A stretch of DNA of 64,000 nt from a bacterium (GCA_036505015.1 DASXUC010000053.1:38232-102231), one strand, 5' to 3'; counted from the stretch's first letter, positions 19,141 through 28,488 are shown. Translations and numbers: made by a program. Notes: a model not told the origin generated them from the sequence alone.

Positions 19141-19944
19141 TTGAGGGTGACCGACCGGGTGGTGGTCGTGACCGGGGCATCCAGCGGCATCGGCGAGGCC
19201 ACCGCACGGGCGTTCGGCCGCGCGGGTGACCGGGTGGTGCTCGTCGCCCGCCGCGCGGGCCTGCTCGAACGGCTGGCGGGGGAGCTGCCGCAGAGTCTGG
19301 TCGTGCCCGCGGACCTCACCCAGGTGGATGATCTCGCCCGGGTCGTGGAGCGGACGCACGAACGCTTCGGCGACGTCGACGTGCTGGTCAACAATGCCGG
19401 GCGGGGCCGCTATGACTGGCTGGAACACCTGCCGGTGGACGACATCCGCACCGACATCCGGATCAACCTTACCGCGCCGATTCTCCTCACCCGCGCCGTG
19501 CTGCCGATGATGCTGCGCCGCCGGCGCGGCGTCATCATCAACGTGGGATCGGTCGCCGGTCGCATCGGCGCCCCGACGATGGCGATCTATAACGCGACGA
19601 AGTTCGGGCTGGACGGTTTCACCGAAGCCTTGCGGCGCGAGGTCGCCCCGCAGGGCATCCACGTCTGCATCATCTATCCGGGCGGCGTGGCCGGGACGGA
19701 GTTCGGAGCGCAGGCCAAGCGGGTCAATGTCGGGGTCAGTACGCCTACACGGCTGCGGCTGAGCGCCGATCAGGTCGCGGCGGCGATCGTCGATCTGGCC
19801 GATCATCCCCGGCCGAGGCGCGTCCTGCCCGGGATCTACGGCGCGGCGATCGCGGTTAACGCGCTGGCGCCCTCCCTGGTTGATGCCGTCGTGATTCGCG
19901 CGACGCGTCGCGCTCAGCGGCAGCGCCGGCCGGCTTCGTCATAA
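19141..19944 (+). CDS. SDR family oxidoreductase
   Basis: TGASSGIGEATARAF cofactor motif, NNAG, and YNATK catalytic Y-x3-K. TTG start. Confidence 0.85.
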   Translation: MRVTDRVVVVTGASSGIGEATARAFGRAGDRVVLVARRAGLLERLAGELPQSLVVPADLTQVDDLARVVERTHERFGDVDVLVNNAGRGRYDWLEHLPVDDIRTDIRINLTAPILLTRAVLPMMLRRRRGVIINVGSVAGRIGAPTMAIYNATKFGLDGFTEALRREVAPQGIHVCIIYPGGVAGTEFGAQAKRVNVGVSTPTRLRLSADQVAAAIVDLADHPRPRRVLPGIYGAAIAVNALAPSLVDAVVIRATRRAQRQRRPASS

Positions 19945-21118
19945 TCTCGGTCCAGGCAGACACAAGCCCGTCGACCACCCGGTCGACATCGGCTTCGCTG
20001 TGTGCGGCCGTCGTGGTGATGCGCAGCCGGCTCGTCCGCGGAGGCACCGCGGGGGACACGACCGGGGACGCAAAAATTCCCGCATCGAACAGCGTCCGCG
20101 TCATCATCAACGCTGCCTCATCGCTACCGGTCATCACCGGCACAATCGGTGTCGGATCCTCCCGGACCTGCAGCCCCCCGGCGCGCAGGCCCGCCCGCAG
20201 CTGGGTGGACCGCGCGCGCAGGCGCGCCACCCGCTGGGGCTCGGCCTCGACGATGTCCAGCGCGGCCAGGGCCGCCGCGGCGCTGGCCGGCGGCAGCGCG
20301 GCGGAGAAGACAAACGCGCGGGAGACGTGCTTGAGGTAGGTGATGAGATCCGCCGAGCCGCCGATGAACCCGCCGACCGACGGGATGGCTTTCGACAGCG
20401 AGCTCATCTTGATCGCAATGACCCCGGGGAGCTCGAAGTGCGACTCGATGCCCCGGCCTTCGGGCCCCAGCACACCGAGGGCATGCGATTCGTCGGCCAT
20501 GAGCCACGCGTTGTGACGGTGAGCCACCTCCACCACCGCGGGCAGATCGATCACGTCGCCGTCCATGCTGAACACGGAATCGACGACCACCAGCTTGCCC
20601 GCGCGATCCGGGATCCCCGCCAGCGCGCGGTCCAGCGCGGCGATATTGTTGTGCGGCACGCGCACAAACTCCGCCCCGGAAAGCCGGCACCCATCCACGA
20701 TGCTGGCGTGGTTGAGTTTGTCGCAGACGACCACGTCGCCGCGGCCGATCAGCGCCGAGATCGCGGCCACGTTCGCCATGTAGCCGCTGGAGTAGACGAC
20801 GGCGGCCTCGGTTCCCACGAATGAGGCGACCCGGCGCTCGAGCTGGTCGTGGAGGTCGGTGTTCCCGGCCAGCAGGCGGACGCCGTGGGTCCCGCTGCCG
20901 TAGTGCGCCAGGGCCGCGGCCGCGGCCGCCTCGATGGCCGGATGCCCCAGCAGTCCCAGGTAGGAATACGACGACGCCAGGAGCATCGTCCGCCCCCCGA
21001 TCGTGACCGACGAGCCGGCGACGGCTTCGACGGGTTCGAGGTAGTAGTAGAGGTGTGCCGCCTTCACCTGCCGGGCGCGGTCGGCCACCTCGCGGATGCG
21101 GCGGGCGATCGGATCCAT
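19856..21118 (-). CDS. PLP-dependent alpha-oxoamine synthase family (BioF/Kbl/Spt-like)
   Basis: SVFSMDGD and SSLSKA (PLP lysine) motifs, plus HGVRLLAGN. The 3' end overlaps the convergent SDR gene by 89 nt. Confidence 0.8.
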   Translation of the reverse strand: MDPIARRIREVADRARQVKAAHLYYYLEPVEAVAGSSVTIGGRTMLLASSYSYLGLLGHPAIEAAAAAALAHYGSGTHGVRLLAGNTDLHDQLERRVASFVGTEAAVVYSSGYMANVAAISALIGRGDVVVCDKLNHASIVDGCRLSGAEFVRVPHNNIAALDRALAGIPDRAGKLVVVDSVFSMDGDVIDLPAVVEVAHRHNAWLMADESHALGVLGPEGRGIESHFELPGVIAIKMSSLSKAIPSVGGFIGGSADLITYLKHVSRAFVFSAALPPASAAAALAALDIVEAEPQRVARLRARSTQLRAGLRAGGLQVREDPTPIVPVMTGSDEAALMMTRTLFDAGIFASPVVSPAVPPRTSRLRITTTAAHSEADVDRVVDGLVSAWTEIMTKPAGAAAERDASRESRRHQPGRAPAR

Positions 21119-21168
21119 GCCATGGGGCTTCGGGAGGAGCCCATGTATTCCTGTGGTAATCAGCGGGC

Positions 21169-21867
21169 ATGTTCCTGGTCGTGCTCGCGCTCGCGCCGGT
21201 CGTGTTCTGGTTGTGGTACTTTCAGATGCGCGACCGCCTGCATCCGGAGCCCCGCGCGCTTGTCGTGCGGGTGTTTGTGTTCGGCGGGGTGGTGGCCATC
21301 CCGGCCGCCTTCATCGAGCTGGGAGTGCTTGCCGGAGCCGGGCTGACCCTGCACCGCGGCTCGGCGGCGGACGCGCTGGCAGCGGCATTCATCATCGGCG
21401 TGGTCGAAGAATCGGTGAAGTTTGCCGCGGTGATGTTCGGCGTCTACCGCAACGTTGAGTTCAACGAAGTCATCGACGGGATCATCTACGCGGTGGCGGC
21501 CTCGCTCGGATTCGCGGCGGTGGAGAACCTGTTCTACGTGCTGCAGGGGGGTGTCTCGGTCGGACTGCTCCGGGCGTTCCTCTCGATTCCCGGACACGCC
21601 TTCTTCGGGGCGATCATGGGATTCTACATGGGTGCCGCCAAATTCTCGGGGCCTCGCGAACGTCAGATGCTGCTGGCCGGGCTGGTCCTCGCCATCCTGG
21701 CGCACACGGCCTACGACGGGGTGCTCTTTGTGGGCGACTGGATCGGTCTGGCCGTCGTGCCTATCGTGCTGTTCCTGTGGCGCCGCTCGGTCCTCGGCGC
21801 CCGCCGCGCCTCGCTGCTCGATGACGAGCGCGTGAAGGCGCAAGCACCTCCCGACCAGCGCGCCTGA
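21169..21867 (+). CDS. PrsW family intramembrane metalloprotease
   Basis: N-terminus LAPVVFWLWYFQMRDRLHPEP, EESVKF motif, and HAFFGAIMG / HTAYDG motifs. Confidence 0.8.
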   Translation: MFLVVLALAPVVFWLWYFQMRDRLHPEPRALVVRVFVFGGVVAIPAAFIELGVLAGAGLTLHRGSAADALAAAFIIGVVEESVKFAAVMFGVYRNVEFNEVIDGIIYAVAASLGFAAVENLFYVLQGGVSVGLLRAFLSIPGHAFFGAIMGFYMGAAKFSGPRERQMLLAGLVLAILAHTAYDGVLFVGDWIGLAVVPIVLFLWRRSVLGARRASLLDDERVKAQAPPDQRA

Positions 21868-21891
21868 CGCGCGGTGTGGGCCCGCAGGCGG

Positions 21892-22293
21892 TTACGGGTT
21901 CGGCGGATTCTGATCGGGCCGGCACCGCGGCAGCAGATCCCTGAGTCTCGCGTGCCAGGCCTGCGCCAATGCGGCCGTGGTCGTGCCGTTGGCCTGGGCG
22001 TCCACCTGCTGCACTGTGATGATCAGCGTTCCGCCCGCGTAGATCGACCATGTGGTCCCGGTCTGACGCAGCATCACATTGCCGGCTGTGATGCGTTCCT
22101 TGGCCCAAGCGGCGACGATGCGTTGATACACTGTATCGATCCGCTGCTGGACGGTCATCCCCGGGGCGCTGACGCGGATGCGCAGGGCGACCTCGTTGCA
22201 GACGATCACCGCGTTGGTCGTCGGTCCCTGCGCGCGCCCGACACCCGTCCACAACAGGGCGATCACGGTGACGGTGATGATCAGGATCTTCAT
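21892..22293 (-). CDS. Small secreted protein, unknown function
   Basis: ATG 22293 with GAGAGGGAAAC upstream. Signal peptide MKILIITVTVIALLWTGVGRAQG. The rest of track ORF 21892..22794 is an upstream read-through. Confidence 0.5.
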   Translation of the reverse strand: MKILIITVTVIALLWTGVGRAQGPTTNAVIVCNEVALRIRVSAPGMTVQQRIDTVYQRIVAAWAKERITAGNVMLRQTGTTWSIYAGGTLIITVQQVDAQANGTTTAALAQAWHARLRDLLPRCRPDQNPPNP

Positions 22294-22456
22294 GGGTACC
22301 GTTTCCCTCTCGATTGTTGATTTGCGTCCGTCACGCTGCTTTCTGCGATCGGCGGCCGGTTCCCCCTGCGTGATGTGCGGCGGAGACGTTCGCGCCGCGC
22401 CCAGCCCACCGCGTGCGGAGCAGGAGCGCAGGAGCCGATGGGGTATCCACGAGTCT

Positions 22457-25321
22457 ATGGGACTGTTTGTTGTCCCGGTCCAACCCACGACGCTGATCGG
22501 CCGCGCGCGGGAGATCACCGATGCCAGGCACCGCCTGCTCCGTGTTCGCCTGCTGTCCCTCACCGGCCCACCCGGCGTGGGCAAGACCCGTCTGGCGCTC
22601 GCTATCGCTGACGGCGTCAGGGCGGACTTTGACGACGGCATCGTCTTCGTGGATCTCGCCCCCATCACCACAGCCGCGGCCGTGGTGCCGGCCATCGCCC
22701 AGGCCCTCGGCGTGCGCGACGCCCCGGGGCAGAGTCTGCCGGACCGTCTGAAGGCCCACCTCGCCGAGCGGCAGCTGCTGCTGATCCTCGACAATCTCGA
22801 GCATCTGCTCGACGCGGCGCCTCAGTTGGCCGATCTCCTGGGCTCCTGTCCCGCCACAAAGATGCTGGTGACCAGCCGCTCTCCCCTGCGGGTGAGCTGG
22901 GAACACGAGTATCTGGTCCCGGCGTTACCCGTGCCACAACTGAATCCGGTCCCGCCGGTCGAGGTGCTCGTGGACATCCCGGCGGTGCAGCTGTTCATCG
23001 AACGCGCAAAGGCGGTGTCGCCCGAGCTGACCGTGACCGAACGCAACGGGCGTGCGATCGCGGAGATCTGCGCCCGGCTGGATGGTCTCCCCCTGGCGAT
23101 CGAGCTGGCCGCCGCCCGCGCGAAGGCGCTGCCGCCTGAGACGTTGCTCAGCCGTCTGCAGCGGCGACTGGAACTGCTCACCGGCGGCGGACGGGATGCG
23201 CCGCAGCGACATCAGACCCTGCGGCGAGCCATCGGTTGGAGCTACGATCTTCTCGACGAGCCGGAGCGCGCGCTGCTTCGCCAGCTCGCCGTATTCGTAG
23301 GCGGCGCGACGCTCCCGGCGGTCGAAGCGGTCTGCGTCGGGATGCCCGCCGGCGAGCCGGTCATTGACGTGCTGGGGTCGTTGGTCGACAAGAGTCTGGT
23401 CTGGCGGGTCGATGCGGGCGATGAGACCCGCTACCGGCTGCTGGAAACGATCCGGGAATTCGTGCTCGAGCACCTGCACCACTCGGAGGAGTCCGGCCCG
23501 GCACGCCGCCGGCACGCGCAGTTCTTCCGCGCGCTCGCTGAGGCGGCCGACGGGCACCTCAGCGGTCCCGACCAGTCGCCATGGTTGGAGCGGCTGGAGG
23601 TAGAGCACGACAACCTGCGCGCGGCGCTGCAGTGGACGATCGATGCCGGTGAGACGAGCACCGGGCTGCGGCTGGCCGCGGCGCTCGGCCGGTTCTGGGA
23701 GCGCCACGGGTATTCGACCGAGGGCCGGACGTGGCTGCGCACGCTATTGAACGTGCCGCCGCGCGAGGACGACGCGCTGCGTGGGCGGGTGATCAACATC
23801 GCGGGCAATCTGGCGCGGGCCCAAGGCGATTATGGCACTGCCGAAACAATGTACCTCGACAGCCTGGCCATCCGCGAGGCCCTCGGCGACCGGCGGGGCG
23901 TCTCGGCATCGCTGAACAACCTCGGGGTGGCCGCGAAGGACCAGGGCGACTATGCAACGGCGCGCGGCTACTTCGAGCGCAGCCTCGCCGTGAAGCGCGA
24001 GCTGGGCGACCAGCGCGGTATCGCGCTGACGCTCAGCAACCTGGGGCTCGCGTTCAAATCCCAGGGCCACGTCGCCGACGCCGAGCAGTTGCTGACCGAG
24101 AGTATGCAGCTGTTCGCGGCTCTGCCTGATCCGTGGGGGGTGGCCCTCGCGCTGAGCAACCTCGGGGCCGCCGCCACCGCCCGCGGGGACCCCGAGATCG
24201 CTCAGACCCGGTATCTGGACAGCCTGCGCCGCCGGTGGATATTGAAGGATCGGTGGGGGGTGGCCGAGTGCCTGGAAGGTCTGGCCGCCTCACGCGCGGC
24301 GTATGGGCGCGGCGTCGACGCCGCGCGCCTGCTCGGAGCCGCCGAGGCGGTGCGGGAGGCGCTGGGGTTTCCGATTGCGCCGGATGAGCGAATCGGCTAC
24401 AAGCGCGTGGTGGCCGCTGTGCGCGCGGTCCTGAGCGGCGAAGCGTTCTCCGCCGCGTGGCAATTCGGACGTGCCATGCCGCTGGCGGATGCCGTCGAAG
24501 GCGTGTTGGCGGCCGAGAGCGAGCCCGCGGCGAATGGCCCTGGGCCGTTCAGGGTCTCGCTGCTGGGCGGCTTCCGTCTGGTGGCGGGACGGCACGAGGT
24601 GCCCGACGCGGCCTGGGATCGGCCGCAGGCGCTGGCGATTTTTCAATTTCTCGTCCTGCACCGCGCCCGATCCGTCGCCGCCGACGAACTGGTGGACGTG
24701 TTCTGGCCCGGCGCCCGCGCCGTGGAGGACACACCCTTGTATACCACGTTGTCGCGAATCCGCAGGACGCTGCAGCACCTCCCCGGTTTTGCCAACGTGG
24801 AGCTGCTGGCAAAGGCCCGCAGCGGCTACCGCCTCGTCCCGCCCGCCGGCATGACCGTCGACGCGCACGAATTTGAGCTGGCCGTACTCGCAGCGCGGCA
24901 GGCGAACACGGGCGGGCATCTTGACGATGCGGCCCGCCATCTCGCGCATGCACTGACCTTGTACCGCGGCGACCTGTTGGCAGGGGCGCCGCACAGTGAC
25001 TGGTGCAGTTTGGAGCGTGAGGCGCTGCGCCGGCAGTACATCGACGCCGCCTTGCTGCTCGGCCGCATCCACGAACTGCGCGGTCGCCCGCTGGAGGCAT
25101 CCGAGGCGTACCAGCGGGCGCTGGAGCGCGAGCCGGCCACGGAGGCCGCCCACCGCGGGCTGATGCGATGCTATGCCGCGGATGGTCAACGCGACAGTGC
25201 GCTGCGGCAGTATCAGGCCTGCCGCGCGCTCCTCCGGGAGCACCTTGACGTCGATCCCGATGCGGACACCGAGGCCGTGTACCGGGCGCTCCTCGCCGAC
25301 GCGCCGCGGAGCGTGGGATGA
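22457..25321 (+). CDS. STAND (NB-ARC-like) ATPase - TPR - C-terminal winged-helix + BTAD (SARP-type) transcriptional regulator
   Basis: Walker A LTGPPGVGKTRL, Walker B LLLILDNLEH, TPR-like LNNLGVAAKDQGDYATARGYFERSL repeats. The C-terminal part reads FRVSLLGGFRLV...YTTLSRIRRTL...GYRLV followed by BTAD (LMRCYAADGQRDSALRQYQACRALLREHLDVDP). Start chosen at ATG 22457 and is uncertain. Confidence 0.75.
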   Translation: MGLFVVPVQPTTLIGRAREITDARHRLLRVRLLSLTGPPGVGKTRLALAIADGVRADFDDGIVFVDLAPITTAAAVVPAIAQALGVRDAPGQSLPDRLKAHLAERQLLLILDNLEHLLDAAPQLADLLGSCPATKMLVTSRSPLRVSWEHEYLVPALPVPQLNPVPPVEVLVDIPAVQLFIERAKAVSPELTVTERNGRAIAEICARLDGLPLAIELAAARAKALPPETLLSRLQRRLELLTGGGRDAPQRHQTLRRAIGWSYDLLDEPERALLRQLAVFVGGATLPAVEAVCVGMPAGEPVIDVLGSLVDKSLVWRVDAGDETRYRLLETIREFVLEHLHHSEESGPARRRHAQFFRALAEAADGHLSGPDQSPWLERLEVEHDNLRAALQWTIDAGETSTGLRLAAALGRFWERHGYSTEGRTWLRTLLNVPPREDDALRGRVINIAGNLARAQGDYGTAETMYLDSLAIREALGDRRGVSASLNNLGVAAKDQGDYATARGYFERSLAVKRELGDQRGIALTLSNLGLAFKSQGHVADAEQLLTESMQLFAALPDPWGVALALSNLGAAATARGDPEIAQTRYLDSLRRRWILKDRWGVAECLEGLAASRAAYGRGVDAARLLGAAEAVREALGFPIAPDERIGYKRVVAAVRAVLSGEAFSAAWQFGRAMPLADAVEGVLAAESEPAANGPGPFRVSLLGGFRLVAGRHEVPDAAWDRPQALAIFQFLVLHRARSVAADELVDVFWPGARAVEDTPLYTTLSRIRRTLQHLPGFANVELLAKARSGYRLVPPAGMTVDAHEFELAVLAARQANTGGHLDDAARHLAHALTLYRGDLLAGAPHSDWCSLEREALRRQYIDAALLLGRIHELRGRPLEASEAYQRALEREPATEAAHRGLMRCYAADGQRDSALRQYQACRALLREHLDVDPDADTEAVYRALLADAPRSVG

Positions 25322-25428
25322 GCGGCGTTGGGTGTGTTGCGAACGGGGAAAGGTATATGAGAGGATAGAACCCTCCGGCAGGTCCATGCCGCTGGAGAGA
25401 ACAGCAGGGGAAGGCAGGGATCAGTTCG

Positions 25429-25635
25429 ATGGCAACAGGGACGGTGAAGTGGTTCAACGCCGAGAAGGGCTACGGGTTCATTACGCCCGACGACGGCGGC
25501 AGGGATCTCTTCGTCCACTACACCGGCATCGAAGGCAGCGGATACCGGTCGCTCAACGAAGGACAGAAGGTCGAGTATGAGGCGACGCAGGGACAAAAGG
25601 GTCCCCAGGCTACCAACGTCCGCGTCGTAGGCTAA
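25429..25635 (+). CDS. csp: Cold-shock protein (CspA family)
   Basis: [18 protein letters not shown] (RNP1) and DLFVHY (RNP2). Confidence 0.95.
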   Translation: MATGTVKWFNAEKGYGFITPDDGGRDLFVHYTGIEGSGYRSLNEGQKVEYEATQGQKGPQATNVRVVG

Positions 25636-25664
25636 GGCCTCCCTTCCGAGATCAGATCCTTGGC

Positions 25665-25691
25665 GAGCCACGCCTGCGCAAAGCGTGGCTC
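25665..25691 (+). terminator. Hairpin downstream of csp (no clear U-tract)
   Basis: GAGCCACGC-ctgcgcaaa-GCGTGGCTC, 30 nt after the csp stop. Confidence 0.45.
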
Positions 25692-25740
25692 ACCGCACAC
25701 CTCCGACACCACTGCAGGTGACCGCATCCCTCGCAAATAT

Positions 25741-25800
25741 CACTATTGATTAATTTATTGGCCTCTCAACAGGACTTCGATTAACAACGTCGAATCCTAC
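25741..25800 (+). promoter_or_regulatory. AT-rich island with repeated GATTAA half-sites upstream of the small peptide ORF
   Basis: The sequence cactaTTGATTAATttattggcctctcaacaggacTTCGATTAACaacg stands out in otherwise GC-rich DNA. No clean -35/-10 could be assigned. Confidence 0.3.
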
Positions 25801-25826
25801 AGCAGGAGGGCAGGGGAGGCCCTGCC

Positions 25827-25976
25827 ATGAGAACGGCAGTCGCTGGTCTGCTCGCTGCAATGTTATTGCTGGTCGCCGTGCCCGCCACAGTCCTCGCCGG
25901 AACCGGCGGCGAACGACCCGGGAGCGGGGCTGCGGGACCCGCACCTCAGGGACACGGCGATGGCTGGCTGCTGTAG
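25827..25976 (+). CDS. 49-aa secreted peptide candidate
   Basis: Below the ORF-track cutoff. ATG preceded by AGGAGGGCAGGGGAGG. Product is MRTAVAGLLAAMLLLVAVPATVLA|GTGGERPGSGAAGPAPQGHGDGWLL. The stop lies 3 nt before the listed ORF of the XRE-TPR regulator. Confidence 0.5.
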   Translation: MRTAVAGLLAAMLLLVAVPATVLAGTGGERPGSGAAGPAPQGHGDGWLL

Positions 25977-26045
25977 CGATTGACCCTGGCAGCCGCATCG
26001 GTGGGACCTCACGGCTCCTGGCGCGGGGTCCGCGGGAGGGCATCG

Positions 26046-27329
26046 ATGACGCTGGGACAACAGCTGAGATCGGCCCGCCGGGCCCGTAAGATGACCCAGC
26101 GGGAACTTAGCGGGGGCACCCTGTCGGAAAGCTTCATCAGCATGGTCGAGCACGACAAGGTGCGCCCGTCGCTGGAGACACTCGAGCTGTTTGCGCGCCG
26201 ACTGAACGTGCCGGTCGCGACGCTCCTCGAGAGCATCCAGCCGTCTCAGCGCTCGACCGATCTTGAGATCCGTCGCTGCGAAGCGCTGCTCCGTCAGCAC
26301 CGGTTCACCGACGCGCTGGAAGGATTCTCGCGTCTGGCTCCGCTGGTCGCGAGGGATGGAGTTGAGGCGGCGGTTCGCGTGAGGTGTAGGCTCGGCCTGG
26401 GGCAGGCCCTGGCGGGTACGCGCCAGCTTGACTTGGCCGAGCCTCACCTGCAACAGGCGTACCAGGAGGCCCGCGAGGCCGGCGATCCCGGGCTCCTGGG
26501 CGCGGCGGCGAACGCCTGGGGATTCCTCTGCTTCCGCGCCAGGAAGTTCGCCCTCGCCCAGGAGGTCCTTGAAGAGGCCGCCTCGCGCCTGCGGGGCGTC
26601 TCGGAACATGGCGAGATGCTCGGAAAGATCCTCGCCAATCTCGGACGGGTGTTCGTCGAGTTGGGCCTGCCGGTGGAGGCGATGAAGATGTACCGGGAAG
26701 CCGGCGCACTGCTGGGTCCGTCCGCGGACCCTGCCCATCGCGCCTTGCTGCACTTCAACATGGGCATCGCCTCCGAGCAGCAGCGGGCCTTCGACCAGGC
26801 GCAGTGGCACCTGGACCAGGCCCTCGAACTGTTCCGTCTCCAGGAAAACATCCACCTGCTCTCCGTCGTGCAGCGCAGCATAGGCATCATGCGCCTGGAG
26901 CAGGGCGCCCCCGGCGATGCACTGGCGCCGCTGGAGCAGAGTCTGCGGCTCGCACAGCAGGTCGGCGACGCTGAAGGAACGGCGCAGTCGATGGTGGAGC
27001 TGGCCCGTGTGCACATCCGGACTGGGTCCGCCGCGGACGGACGGCGGCTGGCTACTGAGGCCGCGAAGGTCGCCGCCCGGATCGGTGATCCCTTAGAGGG
27101 CGCGCGCGCGGACCTGGTGCTGGCGGAAGCGGCGCAGGCGGCGGGTCATACCTCCGAGGCTCATTCCCGGCTCCGAACTGCGATTGCCGTCTTCGAGGGG
27201 CTGGGCGCGGCAGCCGATTTGGGCCGCGCGCACCGATCCCTCGGGGAATCGCTGCTCCGCACCGGCAGGCCGGCCGATGCCGCCGTGCACCTCGCCCGTG
27301 CGCTGGAGCTGATCGGCCGCAACCCATGA
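26046..27329 (+). CDS. XRE-family HTH + TPR regulator
   Basis: ATG 26046 (MTLGQQLRSARRARKMTQRELSG...SMVEHDKVRPSLETLELFARRLNV is an HTH_3 motif). TPR-like helical repeats fill the remaining ~350 aa. Confidence 0.75.
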   Translation: MTLGQQLRSARRARKMTQRELSGGTLSESFISMVEHDKVRPSLETLELFARRLNVPVATLLESIQPSQRSTDLEIRRCEALLRQHRFTDALEGFSRLAPLVARDGVEAAVRVRCRLGLGQALAGTRQLDLAEPHLQQAYQEAREAGDPGLLGAAANAWGFLCFRARKFALAQEVLEEAASRLRGVSEHGEMLGKILANLGRVFVELGLPVEAMKMYREAGALLGPSADPAHRALLHFNMGIASEQQRAFDQAQWHLDQALELFRLQENIHLLSVVQRSIGIMRLEQGAPGDALAPLEQSLRLAQQVGDAEGTAQSMVELARVHIRTGSAADGRRLATEAAKVAARIGDPLEGARADLVLAEAAQAAGHTSEAHSRLRTAIAVFEGLGAAADLGRAHRSLGESLLRTGRPADAAVHLARALELIGRNP

Positions 27330-27637
27330 TGGCCCACTCGCCGCGGCGGCTGAGCCCCCGGGAGCGCGAGATCGCCGGGCTGGTGGCCCAGGGATTCCCG
27401 TCGAAGAGCATCGCCGTCACGCTGGGGATCAGCGTCTGGACGGTGACGACACACCTGCGGCGCGTGTATGCCCGGTTCGGCGTCCAGTCGCGGGCGGCGA
27501 TGGTGGCGACGCTGCTCTCGGCGGGGCTGCTGGACTGGCCGCCGGCCGGCGAGCCCGCCGGACGGGTATCTGATACGATGACATCGTGGATGCCGTCACC
27601 GCGCTCCAGCGGTACTTCACGAAAGAAGCCGACGTAG
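27326..27637 (+). CDS. LuxR/GerE-type HTH protein (stand-alone)
   Basis: LSPREREIAGLVAQGFPSKSIAVTLGISVWTVTTHLRRVYARFGV. The start overlaps the upstream stop (ATGATGG). Confidence 0.8.
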   Translation: MMAHSPRRLSPREREIAGLVAQGFPSKSIAVTLGISVWTVTTHLRRVYARFGVQSRAAMVATLLSAGLLDWPPAGEPAGRVSDTMTSWMPSPRSSGTSRKKPT

Positions 27638-28488
27638 CGGCCGTGTATCTCTACGGAAGCTACGCTACGCCGACGACCTATCCCGACAGCGATCTCGAGC
27701 TCGCCATCCTCTTCCAGGATCGTCTCAGTGAAGACGAGACGGCACAGTTCTTGGAACACATGCAGTCCACCAATCCTCTGGGTGAGGCCCCCGGCATCCT
27801 GATGCCGTCGGCGCTGAACACCCACATCCTCCCGGTGATCTACGAGATGTTGTCCGCCGCGACCGTGATCGTCGATAATGACCCAGCGGCGCGGGCTGAT
27901 TTTGCCTCACGTACGATGGCCCAGCTTGACACCGAGCGTCCCGCGCTGCTGGACGAGGCGAAAGAAGCCATCACCCAAGCGCGCACGCTGGGCCTGATCG
28001 TCGTACCCTCCGATGGCGTGATGCTGCCGCAGCCGCCGCGGCTGCTCGACCCGCTGCGGATCGGCTGGCGGTTGGCCCGGATCCTGGCGTCGGCGGCGGT
28101 GCTCGACTCGCTGGCCCGCTCCGGCGACAGCACGGAACGTGACCCCGAGCTCCTCGGACAACTGGTGGGATGGTTCAGCAATGCGGTGGGTGCGGCCACC
28201 GGTATTGCCAAAGCGATGCTGACCATGTTCGAGATGCCCCGGCCCCCCCGGCGGTGGCAGGTGTTCATTCCCCTGGCGGATGCCGGGCTGGTGCCGATGG
28301 AACTCGCCCTGCAGATGGCCGCGAACGTCGAGTCACGCTGGCAGCTGGTCACCGGAAGCGGCATGATGTCGCCGGAACGTCTGGTGGCGGTGATCCGCGC
28401 GTCGCTGATGCCCGTGATCGGGTTCGCCCGGCTGGCGGCCTGGTACACCCAAGTCCCCGGGGCGAAAGCCGATCACCACCTGCACTGA
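27586..28488 (+). CDS. MNT-like nucleotidyltransferase fused to a DUF86/HEPN-like helical domain
   Basis: NTase core VYLYGSYATPTTYPDSDLELAI (GS...D-x-E). The C-terminal LADAGLVPMELALQMAANVESRWQLVTG resembles the DUF86 R-x4-H region but has Thr where His is expected. GTG start overlaps the LuxR gene by 52 nt. Confidence 0.5.
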   Translation: MDAVTALQRYFTKEADVAAVYLYGSYATPTTYPDSDLELAILFQDRLSEDETAQFLEHMQSTNPLGEAPGILMPSALNTHILPVIYEMLSAATVIVDNDPAARADFASRTMAQLDTERPALLDEAKEAITQARTLGLIVVPSDGVMLPQPPRLLDPLRIGWRLARILASAAVLDSLARSGDSTERDPELLGQLVGWFSNAVGAATGIAKAMLTMFEMPRPPRRWQVFIPLADAGLVPMELALQMAANVESRWQLVTGSGMMSPERLVAVIRASLMPVIGFARLAAWYTQVPGAKADHHLH

